DNA from: a virus
Taxonomy: Duplodnaviria; Caudoviricetes
Virus record (IMG/VR): IMGVR_UViG_3300030380_004241
Coordinates: 1 to 51,886 of that record
Reading direction: 5' to 3' (one strand)
DNA length: 51,886 nucleotides
Position numbers and translations under genes: made by a program. Positions 17,282-25,605 of the stretch are shown piece after piece. The stretch's first letter is position 1, and each line of letters starts with the position of its first letter. The notes beneath the pieces were generated by a model. That model searched no databases. It saw nothing but the letters and a program-made list of their open reading frames with translations, and was not told the DNA's origin.

Positions 17282-17872
17282 CTATCTCCTTATGTTGGCT
17301 CTGCGTCCCATGTAAACACGGAACATTTCTATTGGAACATCCTTGCCTTCACTCAACCTCTCCCTAAGAGTGGCATTCAGCGATGAAGGATGGACTCCGA
17401 CTGCACGTTTGTAATAAAGTTTTTTCTCACGCAACTCTTCAGTGAAGGCATTGCATTTGTCATCTTCATTACGACCAAACTGAACCTCAACATTGCTTTT
17501 GATTAAATCACCAAGACCATTGTCCCGCAACCAATCAAAGCACTGCTGTTGGAGTATCCTCATTGCCTCTTTTTCATCCTCATCCTTGATACGATCAATC
17601 GCACCTTGTGATGGGACAGAGCCTTGGATAACATCTTTGACTTCAATCTTTGCACCATTGTTCAAAGTAAAGTCTTTGATGTTCAGTTCTTGCATCAAGT
17701 CAGGCAAGTCCTGTTCCGCCAACATCTTGAGATCCTGCTTCTTTTGCTTCAATGACTCGTCAAGTTTGTTAATCTCATTTTCAAGATCATACATTCTTTG
17801 AGCCATATCAGCGATCGCACCAAGTTCATTGGATGCTGGTGCCACATCCTCAAGCAGATCTATATCTGTCAT
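17282..17872 (-). CDS. Conserved phage replication-module protein (coiled coil, WLRDNGLGDLIK, VHPSSL)
   Basis: Family commonly found next to SSB-like genes; AGAAAGGA RBS. Confidence 0.75.
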   Translation of the reverse strand: MTDIDLLEDVAPASNELGAIADMAQRMYDLENEINKLDESLKQKKQDLKMLAEQDLPDLMQELNIKDFTLNNGAKIEVKDVIQGSVPSQGAIDRIKDEDEKEAMRILQQQCFDWLRDNGLGDLIKSNVEVQFGRNEDDKCNAFTEELREKKLYYKRAVGVHPSSLNATLRERLSEGKDVPIEMFRVYMGRRANIRR

Positions 17873-18236
17873 AGTCTTCCTTTCTCAGTTCGAGAGCTAC
17901 AGGCATGTACCAACCTTTTCGGCGATCCCTTTCACCCTCATCATTGTTACGCTCCCAGCGGAGCACTCTTACAGTGTTAGCCTTTTCACTGGCGATCATA
18001 CACGTGATCATCACAGCGATCGGGTCACCACCTCCTGGCCAGAGAAGATAATCCTCTGACGAGAAGTCCCTCATGATTCGACGAGCTTTTTGGACGCTTG
18101 GTCCTGGCAAAAACTGTGGTTTGTCATTGGGCTCAAAAACAATCTCAAGCGAGCCATATCTGCTGGCATCACTCAAGTCTGGCACCCAACCAAACTTATT
18201 TTTCACAGGTCGATTCACTACATAAACTTTTGGCAT
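17850..18236 (-). CDS. Conserved phage hypothetical protein
   Basis: AGAAAGGA RBS; alpha/beta pattern with DYLL..G..DP and VLRWER. Confidence 0.75.
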   Translation of the reverse strand: MPKVYVVNRPVKNKFGWVPDLSDASRYGSLEIVFEPNDKPQFLPGPSVQKARRIMRDFSSEDYLLWPGGGDPIAVMITCMIASEKANTVRVLRWERNNDEGERDRRKGWYMPVALELRKEDYDRYRSA

Positions 18237-18249
18237 CGTTTTTCCTTTC

Positions 18250-18582
18250 TCAGTGTATCCCTAGGTCTTTTAAGTCTTGCCCAGAAAACATTGCCTCTTC
18301 AAGTTCTTCATCAGACATCATATCAATTTGATTTATGGCTTGTCTGCGTTTCATCCTAGCAAGCCTTTTGTTCATTTGAGCTTTCTTTGCTCGCTTGATG
18401 TCAACTTTTGGCTTTGGCTTCACAGCCTTTTGTTTGACAGGCTTGTTATAAAAAATCTCAACTGTATGAAAAACAAAATTGCAACCTTGGCACCTACGTT
18501 TACGCACTGTAGAAAAGTCGTCATCACGAGGTCGTGAATCACAGACTAAACTTTTTGTACAATCGCACTTTGGGCATTTCAT
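18250..18582 (-). CDS. NrdR N-terminal-like zinc-ribbon protein (putative regulator)
   Basis: MKCPKC...VCDSR...VRKRRCQGCNFVFHTVE; no ATP-cone; first gene of the leftward arm. Confidence 0.8.
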   Translation of the reverse strand: MKCPKCDCTKSLVCDSRPRDDDFSTVRKRRCQGCNFVFHTVEIFYNKPVKQKAVKPKPKVDIKRAKKAQMNKRLARMKRRQAINQIDMMSDEELEEAMFSGQDLKDLGIH

Positions 18583-18609
18583 AGGTTGCTTCCTTTCTCA
18601 GTTAAAATT

Positions 18610-18638
18610 ACTATGCCTGAAAACAAAACAAATGAAAA
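18610..18638 (-). promoter_or_regulatory. Putative leftward promoter of the replication arm
   Basis: TTTTCA-17 bp-CATAGT; ATTACTATGC context identical to the promoter at 13171. Confidence 0.5.
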
Positions 18639-18649
18639 GAAGTTTTTTT

Positions 18650-18890
18650 CAAAGAAACCAATCGCGAAACCAAAGAACCCAAAAAAACTGGTTTCGGCAT
18701 TTTTGGACCCCGTATTGCATGACCTTTTATATAAGGGGAAAATCCATGTGTGTGTTGTGTTGTGAAAAATTTCAGGATTTGTGGTTTCGTTGGTTTCGGC
18801 TTTGTCTAAGTTCTTGGAATAAAAAATGAAAATGGGCGTTCCCAAACTCAAAAACCATCGGAAACGCAACCCAGTCTTTGGGAACTTTTT
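18650..18890. repeat. Non-coding repeat-rich switch region, candidate replication origin
   Basis: GAAACCA/TGGTTTC units at 18654, 18666, 18689, 18782, 18791 plus degenerate copies; CCTTTTATATAAGG at 18723; 9-bp inverted repeat 18838-18846/18877-18885. Confidence 0.55.
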
Positions 18891-18903
18891 TCGTAAAAGT
18901 TTG

Positions 18904-18983
18904 TAAGTCCTTGATATGCCTGAAAAGAAAAATCAGTTTCTTGGAACTTTTTTGTTGCTTTTTGTGACAGAAAGAGAGAGAAT
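18904..18983 (+). promoter_or_regulatory. Composite early promoter copy 4 (rightward)
   Basis: TAAGTCCTTGATA (exact reverse complement of WATCAANNNNTTR) 18904-18916; box CTGAAAAGAAAAATCAGTTTCTT 18920-18942; TTGCTT-17 bp-GAGAAT. Confidence 0.8.
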
Positions 18984-19029
18984 AAAAAAGTAAGGGAAGC
19001 ATCCCAAACATTTGAGAAAGGAAAATATC

Positions 19030-19554
19030 ATGCTTACAGTTTACAAAATCCGTGCTAACTACATCATCTTCGCCAAGGGCACAAACGCTCACTCCGACAT
19101 GCAAACTGAGTTTGTTCGTCAGATGGGTGGTGTTGACCTTGTGTTTTCAACTCGCGAAGAAGCTGAAGAGCACATGGCTACTTTGCCAACTTTCAAAGAG
19201 ATGGGCAACTACTCTCGTGAATATCAGTATGAGATTGAAGCGATTGAGTACAAGTATGCAAACATGCATGGTTGGTCTGATGTTTACCCATTTGAAATCA
19301 TCCGTGTTGTTTCGCCAAAGACCATTGAAGTCAGGGCAATGAGTGCTGAGCTGGACGAAGAGTTCAAGCCTGAGATCATTCCTGGTGGGTTCTCTGGTCA
19401 TTGTGTCAACCAGAACAAACAAACTTATGGCTACAAGTCTTGCCCCGATGGTCAGGTGTTGCGTGTTCGTCTCGGCAAGAGAGGTTGGAAGTCAACCATG
19501 GGCAAGCATGTTCTGTCCGAACAGCCAAGAAAGTTTTACGACTACAACTTTTAA
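19030..19554 (+). CDS. Early hypothetical protein
   Basis: ATG 19030 after TGAGAAAGGAAA; C-terminal WSDVYPFEIIRV...GGFSGHC...PRKFYDYNF phage domain. Confidence 0.8.
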   Translation: MLTVYKIRANYIIFAKGTNAHSDMQTEFVRQMGGVDLVFSTREEAEEHMATLPTFKEMGNYSREYQYEIEAIEYKYANMHGWSDVYPFEIIRVVSPKTIEVRAMSAELDEEFKPEIIPGGFSGHCVNQNKQTYGYKSCPDGQVLRVRLGKRGWKSTMGKHVLSEQPRKFYDYNF

Positions 19555-19562
19555 GCTAACAT

Positions 19563-19587
19563 TGGGGAGGGGATAAGCCTCTCCCCA
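19563..19587 (+). other. Intergenic hairpin TGGGGAGGG...CCTCTCCCCA
   Basis: Inverted repeat between two early genes; no U-tract. Confidence 0.55.
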
Positions 19588-19612
19588 GCAACCTTTGAGA
19601 AAGGAAATCATC

Positions 19613-19801
19613 ATGATTTATAAGTTGCGTCTTGTTAACATCCCGCACTCCTCAGTTGAGGATAAAGTTTTCCATGAACTCAGCGAAGCAAAAAAGGCTG
19701 CTGAGGAAACTGGCTTTGACACTTGTGTTGAGGGATATTCAGCGAATGGTCGCCTGAGCTACATGCTCGGTTATTCAGTTATCAGTGGGTGGACGAAATG
19801 A
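19613..19801 (+). CDS. Small hypothetical protein
   Basis: ATG 19613 after TGAGAAAGGAAA. Confidence 0.75.
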   Translation: MIYKLRLVNIPHSSVEDKVFHELSEAKKAAEETGFDTCVEGYSANGRLSYMLGYSVISGWTK

Positions 19802-20001
19802 GCATAGCTGATCATTACAAAAACGCTCAAACAAGTTTGGGCAAGGCAATCTGTTCTGTGCAGGAACTTTATCTGCTTGAGGGCATAACAGAAGATGAAA
19901 GAAAGTTTTTGGATTACGTTGTTTCTGATTTGCAACAAAGTCAGTCGCACCTAGTCAAGTCTTTCAGAATCATGGAGGCAATCAATGATGAAGCTGATTG
20001 A
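19798..20001 (+). CDS. Small helical hypothetical protein
   Basis: ATGA overlap with the previous gene. Confidence 0.65.
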   Translation: MSIADHYKNAQTSLGKAICSVQELYLLEGITEDERKFLDYVVSDLQQSQSHLVKSFRIMEAINDEAD

Positions 20002-20155
20002 GTTTATTGTTGGGTTGGGGATGACTGTTGTCATCTCTTTCTTCATTGTGTTCATCGTGATCAACTTCATGCTGAATTGTCAAACATGGGATCAAGAGCT
20101 TTGGACTGCTACGAGCTCTTGTGTAACTCTTGGTCAGTTCTTGGGAGTTGATTGA
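19985..20155 (+). CDS. 56-aa single-pass membrane protein (MMKLIEFIVGLGMTVVISFFIVFIVINFMLNCQTW...)
   Basis: GGAGG RBS, long hydrophobic helix, TGATG coupling to the next gene; below the ORF-track cutoff. Confidence 0.72.
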   Translation: MMKLIEFIVGLGMTVVISFFIVFIVINFMLNCQTWDQELWTATSSCVTLGQFLGVD

Positions 20156-20526
20156 TGAGATATCATTCTTGGTCAGGCAAAAAGAAAACTTGCGACTGTT
20201 GTGGGTTGACACTGCGTCAGATTCAAAAGCAGAATGATGAGGCTCGTGAAAAGTTATTGCAAAAAGAAAAGGATTGGAACTTTTGGATTGCAATGCTTGA
20301 AACATTTGAACAGGATATTGATGACAATGGCATCTGGCATGGTCCACAATGCAGGCGATGTTCAGGTGCACCTCAATCAGTTGGGGAAATGTTCTTGGCT
20401 AAGTTTTCTGAAGGTCAATGGTTGTGTAACAAATGCTATGCACGCTCACCAGAAGATACAAAAGGCAGGTGGGTGTTCATGCCAGCTGAGGAGGAGGAAA
20501 ATGAAGAGCTGTCCAGTTTGTCATAG
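20155..20526 (+). CDS. Cys-rich (zinc-binding) hypothetical protein
   Basis: CDCC, CRRC and CNKC pairs. Confidence 0.68.
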   Translation: MRYHSWSGKKKTCDCCGLTLRQIQKQNDEAREKLLQKEKDWNFWIAMLETFEQDIDDNGIWHGPQCRRCSGAPQSVGEMFLAKFSEGQWLCNKCYARSPEDTKGRWVFMPAEEEENEELSSLS

Positions 20527-20713
20527 TGCTTTGCCTGAGGACAATGCTTGTTGTGGTTGGGTTTGGAAATATGAAAATTCAAGAAAAATAAAACTTGATT
20601 TTTTGGCCAAAGAAAGCGATCGTAAGAATGCAAGCAGCAACCTTTTGCAATATTTCCTCCCTAAACTAAGCCCAGTTTCACACTGGGCTTTTCTTTTTGG
20701 CAAAAATAAGTAA
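20501..20713 (+). CDS. Possible small zinc-ribbon protein (MKSCPVCHSALPEDNACCG...)
   Basis: Strong GAGGAGG RBS, but the 3' half overlaps a promoter, a candidate sRNA and a terminator. Confidence 0.45.
   Translation: MKSCPVCHSALPEDNACCGWVWKYENSRKIKLDFLAKESDRKNASSNLLQYFLPKLSPVSHWAFLFGKNK
20630..20698 (+). ncRNA. Candidate ~70-nt sRNA with exposed anti-SD motif CCUCCC
   Basis: Upstream TTGATT-17 bp-GATCGT resembling the early promoter family; weak 5' hairpin; single-stranded UUUCCUCCCUAAAC; terminator. Confidence 0.5.
20668..20698 (+). terminator. Rho-independent terminator ending the rightward early unit
   Basis: AAGCCCAGT-TTCAC-ACTGGGCTT followed by TTCTTTTT. Confidence 0.82.
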
Positions 20714-20772
20714 TAATCATGACAGTTAGTTTAACTGCTGACCACAGAAACCAAGGTTGAAAGGCTAATATC

Positions 20773-21336
20773 ATGGGAGAAGAGACTAAGAAAAGAGGAC
20801 GACCTGCAAAGCCCAAAGATCCGGAAATGATCGTGCAGCGTCCTGTCAAAGATGGACCACCAGTCCAGCCTGACAAGTGGGATGGGCGATTCAAATCAGT
20901 TGAGCCAATGAAGAATCAAAAGAAGGCTCGGCAACGTCCATATAAATGGAATCATCACGCAACAATCAATTGGATCATGGGTCAAGCTGACCCTGTTGGC
21001 TTTCTTGCCGCAGTTATGGCAGGCAAGGAGATGTTCCCTGTTTATGTCAAAGACTCTGAGGGTCTGGCCACAGAAGCAGGAAAGATTTCTGCTGACCCAG
21101 AGTTGCGTGTTATGGCTGCCAAGACACTTCTGGGCAAGTGCGTCCCAGACCTAAAGGCAGTAGAAGTGAAAGCACAAATAGAAGAAAGGAAGGTTCTGGA
21201 TATTTCCAGATTAAGCGATAATGACCTCACCACAATTGAACGAGTTCTTGAACACGCTGTCATTGAAGGAAGTGAGAGCGGAGAAGATGAGGAGATCTCT
21301 GAAGGAGTTTACCAAGAGCTCTTGGCCAACGATTGA
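20773..21336 (+). CDS. Putative terminase small subunit
   Basis: Directly upstream of and overlapping terL; KRGRP, DPVGFL..VM.G, RVMAAKTLL...PDLKAVE, DISRLSDNDL. Confidence 0.72.
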   Translation: MGEETKKRGRPAKPKDPEMIVQRPVKDGPPVQPDKWDGRFKSVEPMKNQKKARQRPYKWNHHATINWIMGQADPVGFLAAVMAGKEMFPVYVKDSEGLATEAGKISADPELRVMAAKTLLGKCVPDLKAVEVKAQIEERKVLDISRLSDNDLTTIERVLEHAVIEGSESGEDEEISEGVYQELLAND

Positions 21337-22726
21337 ACCAGGACGAGAGTTCTTTGACAACTGGCATATTGATGCTATCAGCGAGCATTTGCAGGCTGTT
21401 GTTGAAGGTGACATCCGTAGGTTGATCATCAACATACCACCGAGGCACATGAAGTCCATCTCGGTTGCTGTCGCTTTGCCTGCTTGGACTTGGACCATCC
21501 AGCCGCAAAAGAGATTTTTGTTTGCGTCATACGCATCATCACTCTCCGTCAGAGACTCGGTGAAATGCAGACGCTTGATTGATAGCCCATGGTACAAAGA
21601 TCATTTTGGCGAAACATTCAGTTTGACTGGCGACCAAAACCAAAAGCAAAGATTTGAGAATGACAAGACTGGCCAAAGGATAGCCACATCTGTTGATGGT
21701 GCTTTGACTGGTGAGGGTGGTGACATCATTGTCATTGACGATCCGCACAATGTTCGTGAGGCTGAATCCTCCGCAGTGCGGGAAGGTGTTCTTGAGTGGT
21801 GGGACCAAGCAATGCAGTCCCGACTCAATGACCCAAAGACTGGTGCATTCATTATTATTATGCAGCGAGTGCACGAGAATGATTTAACTGGACACATATT
21901 GGCGAATGAGTATGACGATTGGGATCATTTATGCTTACCTGCTCGATATGAGATCGGGCATCCAACACCGACACAAACATCGCTCGGCTTCACAGACCCG
22001 AGAACAAAAGAGGGAGACCTCCTCTGGCCAGAAAGGATTGACGACACAACCCTATCCAAACTTGAAAGGTCATTGGGTTCATATGCCTCAGCTGGGCAAC
22101 TGCAGCAACGTCCAATGCCGAAAGGTGGGGGAATCTTGCGAGCTGAATGGTGGGTTCCATGGGAGAGTGATGATCTGCCCGATATCGAATATGTGATTCA
22201 ATCTTGGGACACTGCTTTCAGCACAAAAGAGAAAACATCATATTCAGCCCGAACAACTTGGGGTGTGTTCCGCAGGCATGGTCAAATGAATGCCATTGTC
22301 CTTGACATGTGGTATGACAGAGTAACTTACCCAGAGCTGAGAAGGATCGCCCAAGAAGCATATTATGATTATGAGCCAGATGCAGTGTTGATTGAGAAGA
22401 AGGCTTCTGGCCAAAGTTTGTTGCAAGATTTGCGCATTGCAGGCATACCTGTAATTGAGTATATGCCTGACAGAGACAAAGAAGCTCGTGCCCATGCAAG
22501 TTCTGCTTTATTAGAAGATGGCAGAATTTACTTTCCATCTGACAAAAAATGGGCTAAAAATTTAATAGACATTTGTGCAGCCTTTCCAGCTGGTGATAAT
22601 GACGATATAGTTGATACATGCACACAAGCTTGGTTGAGGCTTAGAAAAGGATGGTTCGTTTCGCATTCTGAAGATTATGAAGATGAAGATGAATCACCAA
22701 AACAGAGGGTGACATTATATGGCTAA
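21221..22726 (+). CDS. terL: Terminase large subunit
   Basis: NIPPRHMKS Walker A, IIVIDDP Walker B, IMQR, QQRP, nuclease SWDTA, IEKKASG, NDDIVD. Confidence 0.96.
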   Translation: MTSPQLNEFLNTLSLKEVRAEKMRRSLKEFTKSSWPTIEPGREFFDNWHIDAISEHLQAVVEGDIRRLIINIPPRHMKSISVAVALPAWTWTIQPQKRFLFASYASSLSVRDSVKCRRLIDSPWYKDHFGETFSLTGDQNQKQRFENDKTGQRIATSVDGALTGEGGDIIVIDDPHNVREAESSAVREGVLEWWDQAMQSRLNDPKTGAFIIIMQRVHENDLTGHILANEYDDWDHLCLPARYEIGHPTPTQTSLGFTDPRTKEGDLLWPERIDDTTLSKLERSLGSYASAGQLQQRPMPKGGGILRAEWWVPWESDDLPDIEYVIQSWDTAFSTKEKTSYSARTTWGVFRRHGQMNAIVLDMWYDRVTYPELRRIAQEAYYDYEPDAVLIEKKASGQSLLQDLRIAGIPVIEYMPDRDKEARAHASSALLEDGRIYFPSDKKWAKNLIDICAAFPAGDNDDIVDTCTQAWLRLRKGWFVSHSEDYEDEDESPKQRVTLYG

Positions 22727-25169
22727 GCAACCTATCCCACTCAAACCTGAGATCCCTTTTGCGGAGGGTGCGCCTGCAGACGAGCTGCAGGTTGAATCAT
22801 TTGGAGAGGATGAGGTTCTTATAGGAGATCCAGAGCTTGATGCGATCCCAGAGATTGATACTGAATTTGACGCGAACATCGCAGAGCTTATTGGCCAAGA
22901 CACACTTGACCGCAAAGCATCAACCCTAATCAAAGCATTTGAGTCAGACAAGGCAGCTCGCTCTGAGTGGGAAGAGCGATACAAGAATGGCTTGCGCACA
23001 CTTGACCCAGATGGTGGTCTTGAAGAGTCTGAAGAGGAGCGAGCCACCCGTGGCTTGAGCACAGTTGTTCACCCACTCATCGCTGAAGCAGCAACCCAGT
23101 TCAATGCAAGAGCTATTGCTGAAATGTATCCTGCTGGTGGTCCTGTCAAGACAGTCATAGTTGGCGAGCCGAATGAAGACACTGAAGAGCAAGCTCGTCG
23201 TGTCAAAGATTTCATGAACTACCAAATCACTGAGCAGATGCCAGAGTACTTTCCTGATCTTGATCAGATGCTCTTCCAGCTGCCATTGGTTGGCCAAACA
23301 TTTAAAAAAGTCTGGTGGGATGCCAACCTTGAGCGTCAGTGCGCTAAGTTTGTTAAGGCTGAGGACTTTGTCGTTGCGCCTGAAAGCACCGACCTGTTCA
23401 CCTCACCCCGATACACTCAAGTTATCCGCATCCCGAAAAACGATTACAACCGCTATGTTGAGTCTGGCTGGTACTTGCCTGTTAAATATTCAGGCGATGG
23501 CATTGACCCGTCTGGCGATATCACCTCCGACATTGAAGGCATAAACCAATATTCGGATGACGAGCAAGACGATGTTATGACACTTCTGGAGATGCATGTC
23601 TATTCTGCTTTTGAAGGATTGGATGGCATCAACGACACAGACGAAGAAAACTTGGTCATGTTGCCGTATGTGATCACGATTGAGTATGATTCTGAAAAGA
23701 TCGTCTCAGTCCGTCGTAACTGGCGCCAAGAAGACAACCGCAAAGAGCGCAGAAGCTGGTTTGTGAGCTACAAGTTCCTTCCTGGGGTTGGGTTCTATGG
23801 CTTTGGTCTTTATCACATGATCGGTGGTCTAGGCAAGGCAGCAACTGGCGCACTCAGAGCTTTGCTTGACTCAGCTGCATTTGCAAACATGCAAGGTGGC
23901 TTCAAGCTAAAAGGCAGAGTCAGCGGTGGAGAGATCGATGTCAATCCTGGAGAGTTCGTTGACCTAGACGCAACAGTTGATGATGTTAACAAGGCTGTCA
24001 TGCCGTTGCCTTTCAAAGAGCCATCAGGCACGCTGTTTCAGCTCATGGGCTTCATTGTTGAGTCTGGCCAAAGGTTTGCAAGTACAGCAGACATGAATGT
24101 TGGCGACGTCAACCCGAATGCACCTGTTGGCTCAACTGTGGCTTTGATTGAGCAAGGCTCAAAAGCATTCTCAGCAATTCACAAAAGGCTTCACAACTCA
24201 CAAGGTCAAGAGTTCAGATTACTTTCTCAGCTCAATGCTGAATACTTACCTGAATCGTTTGAGTTTGCTATATCAGGCACGACCCAAACGATCTTTGCTG
24301 CTGACTTTAATGAGCGGATTGATATCATCCCTGTATCAGACCCGAACATTTTCAGCACAGCACAGCGGATCGCCCAAGCTCAAGCCATCCTTGAGATGGC
24401 CAGATCAGCTCCCCAGCTGCACGACTTGTACACAGCATACAAGCGCATGTATGAGGCGATCCGCATCCCAAACATTGATGAAGTTTTAAAAGAGCCAGAC
24501 AAGGCACCCCGCACAGACCCAATTGACGAAAACATGTCAGTGATGTATGGCAAGCCTATAAGAGCTTTCCCTGAGCAAGATCATGAAGCCCACATAGCAG
24601 TTCATGTTCAGTTTATGCAAGACCCTTCGCTTGCGGGTAATCCTGGGGCAAAAGCGATGCAGCCAATACTTATTGCTCATATAGCTGAGCATGTTGCTCT
24701 GTTGTATCGCCAGCGAATGGAAGCGAGCATTGGTGTGCCGATGCCGAACTTGCCAGATCTCCGAGATCCTAAATTTAAGTTTGAGGACATCAGCCCAGAG
24801 CTTGATATGCTCATATCACAACGTGCTGCTCAAGTCGTTCAGCAAGCACCTCAGATGTCAGCCATACGTGCACTTCAAGGAATGCAAGCAGGCAAGCAGA
24901 ATCCTCTACAATACGCTCAACAACTCGCGCAACTTGAAGCACAATCACTCATGCAGCGCACACAAGCAGAAATCGAAGCTGACAAAGCTAAAGCACAATC
25001 CGACATAGCCATTGACCAAGCCAAGGCTCAACAGGATCTTGAAATTGAAAGGGCAAAAGTTCAAGCTGATCTGGAGGCGAAAGTCGCAAAGCTAGAAGCA
25101 GAGTTGCAACTTGAGCGAGAAAAAACAGCAGCAAAAATGATGATGGAGAGAAACGATGGCAATGTCTGA
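22719..25169 (+). CDS. Portal protein with long C-terminal coiled coil
   Basis: 816 aa following terL; HPLIAEAATQF, GFYGFGL, MPLPFKEPS, APVGSTVALIEQG, AIHKRLH, PVSDPN, QDHEAHI. Confidence 0.9.
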   Translation: MAKQPIPLKPEIPFAEGAPADELQVESFGEDEVLIGDPELDAIPEIDTEFDANIAELIGQDTLDRKASTLIKAFESDKAARSEWEERYKNGLRTLDPDGGLEESEEERATRGLSTVVHPLIAEAATQFNARAIAEMYPAGGPVKTVIVGEPNEDTEEQARRVKDFMNYQITEQMPEYFPDLDQMLFQLPLVGQTFKKVWWDANLERQCAKFVKAEDFVVAPESTDLFTSPRYTQVIRIPKNDYNRYVESGWYLPVKYSGDGIDPSGDITSDIEGINQYSDDEQDDVMTLLEMHVYSAFEGLDGINDTDEENLVMLPYVITIEYDSEKIVSVRRNWRQEDNRKERRSWFVSYKFLPGVGFYGFGLYHMIGGLGKAATGALRALLDSAAFANMQGGFKLKGRVSGGEIDVNPGEFVDLDATVDDVNKAVMPLPFKEPSGTLFQLMGFIVESGQRFASTADMNVGDVNPNAPVGSTVALIEQGSKAFSAIHKRLHNSQGQEFRLLSQLNAEYLPESFEFAISGTTQTIFAADFNERIDIIPVSDPNIFSTAQRIAQAQAILEMARSAPQLHDLYTAYKRMYEAIRIPNIDEVLKEPDKAPRTDPIDENMSVMYGKPIRAFPEQDHEAHIAVHVQFMQDPSLAGNPGAKAMQPILIAHIAEHVALLYRQRMEASIGVPMPNLPDLRDPKFKFEDISPELDMLISQRAAQVVQQAPQMSAIRALQGMQAGKQNPLQYAQQLAQLEAQSLMQRTQAEIEADKAKAQSDIAIDQAKAQQDLEIERAKVQADLEAKVAKLEAELQLEREKTAAKMMMERNDGNV

Positions 25170-25605
25170 TACAGAAATGGCTCTTATGATGGGAGCCAAC
25201 CAACTTGCGGCAATGAGACCAATCAATCCTGGAGCATTCAGCGGAGTTGAAGCAGGGATGATGCCTCCTGCGGCAACACCAGCGATGCCACCAGCAACTC
25301 AAATGGCTCGCCCAGCGATGCCGATGCCACCGACAGCACCTCCTGGACAAATGCCAATGCCAAGTGGGATGCCGATGCCACCAGAAGGCAATGCACCATC
25401 ACCGATGGACCAAGAAGGCATGATGCGTTACATTCAAGAAAAAGCTCGCCAGATCCGTGAGCGTATGGGTCAAGGTTCAATGAGTGATGCGGACATGGGT
25501 GCTTTGGAAGCTGTAATGAGAGCGATGCCTCAAAATCAACAAGCTCCTGCGCCAGCAGGTGCCATGAGCAATGCTGATATGATGATGCAACAAGGAGCTA
25601 GATGA
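25156..25605 (+). CDS. Met/Pro-rich low-complexity putative internal virion protein
   Basis: Overlaps the portal stop; GGAG RBS; contains GALEAV. Confidence 0.72.
   Translation: MAMSDTEMALMMGANQLAAMRPINPGAFSGVEAGMMPPAATPAMPPATQMARPAMPMPPTAPPGQMPMPSGMPMPPEGNAPSPMDQEGMMRYIQEKARQIRERMGQGSMSDADMGALEAVMRAMPQNQQAPAPAGAMSNADMMMQQGAR

Noticed and set aside
18650-18890. CRISPR-like array
   Set aside because: Repeats are 7-10 bp, irregularly spaced and in both orientations; no cas genes.
18579-19104. Track ORFs in the switch region (18579-18869, 18772-19104, 18479-18829)
   Set aside because: Phe/Lys-biased translations of repeats and promoters with no convincing RBS.
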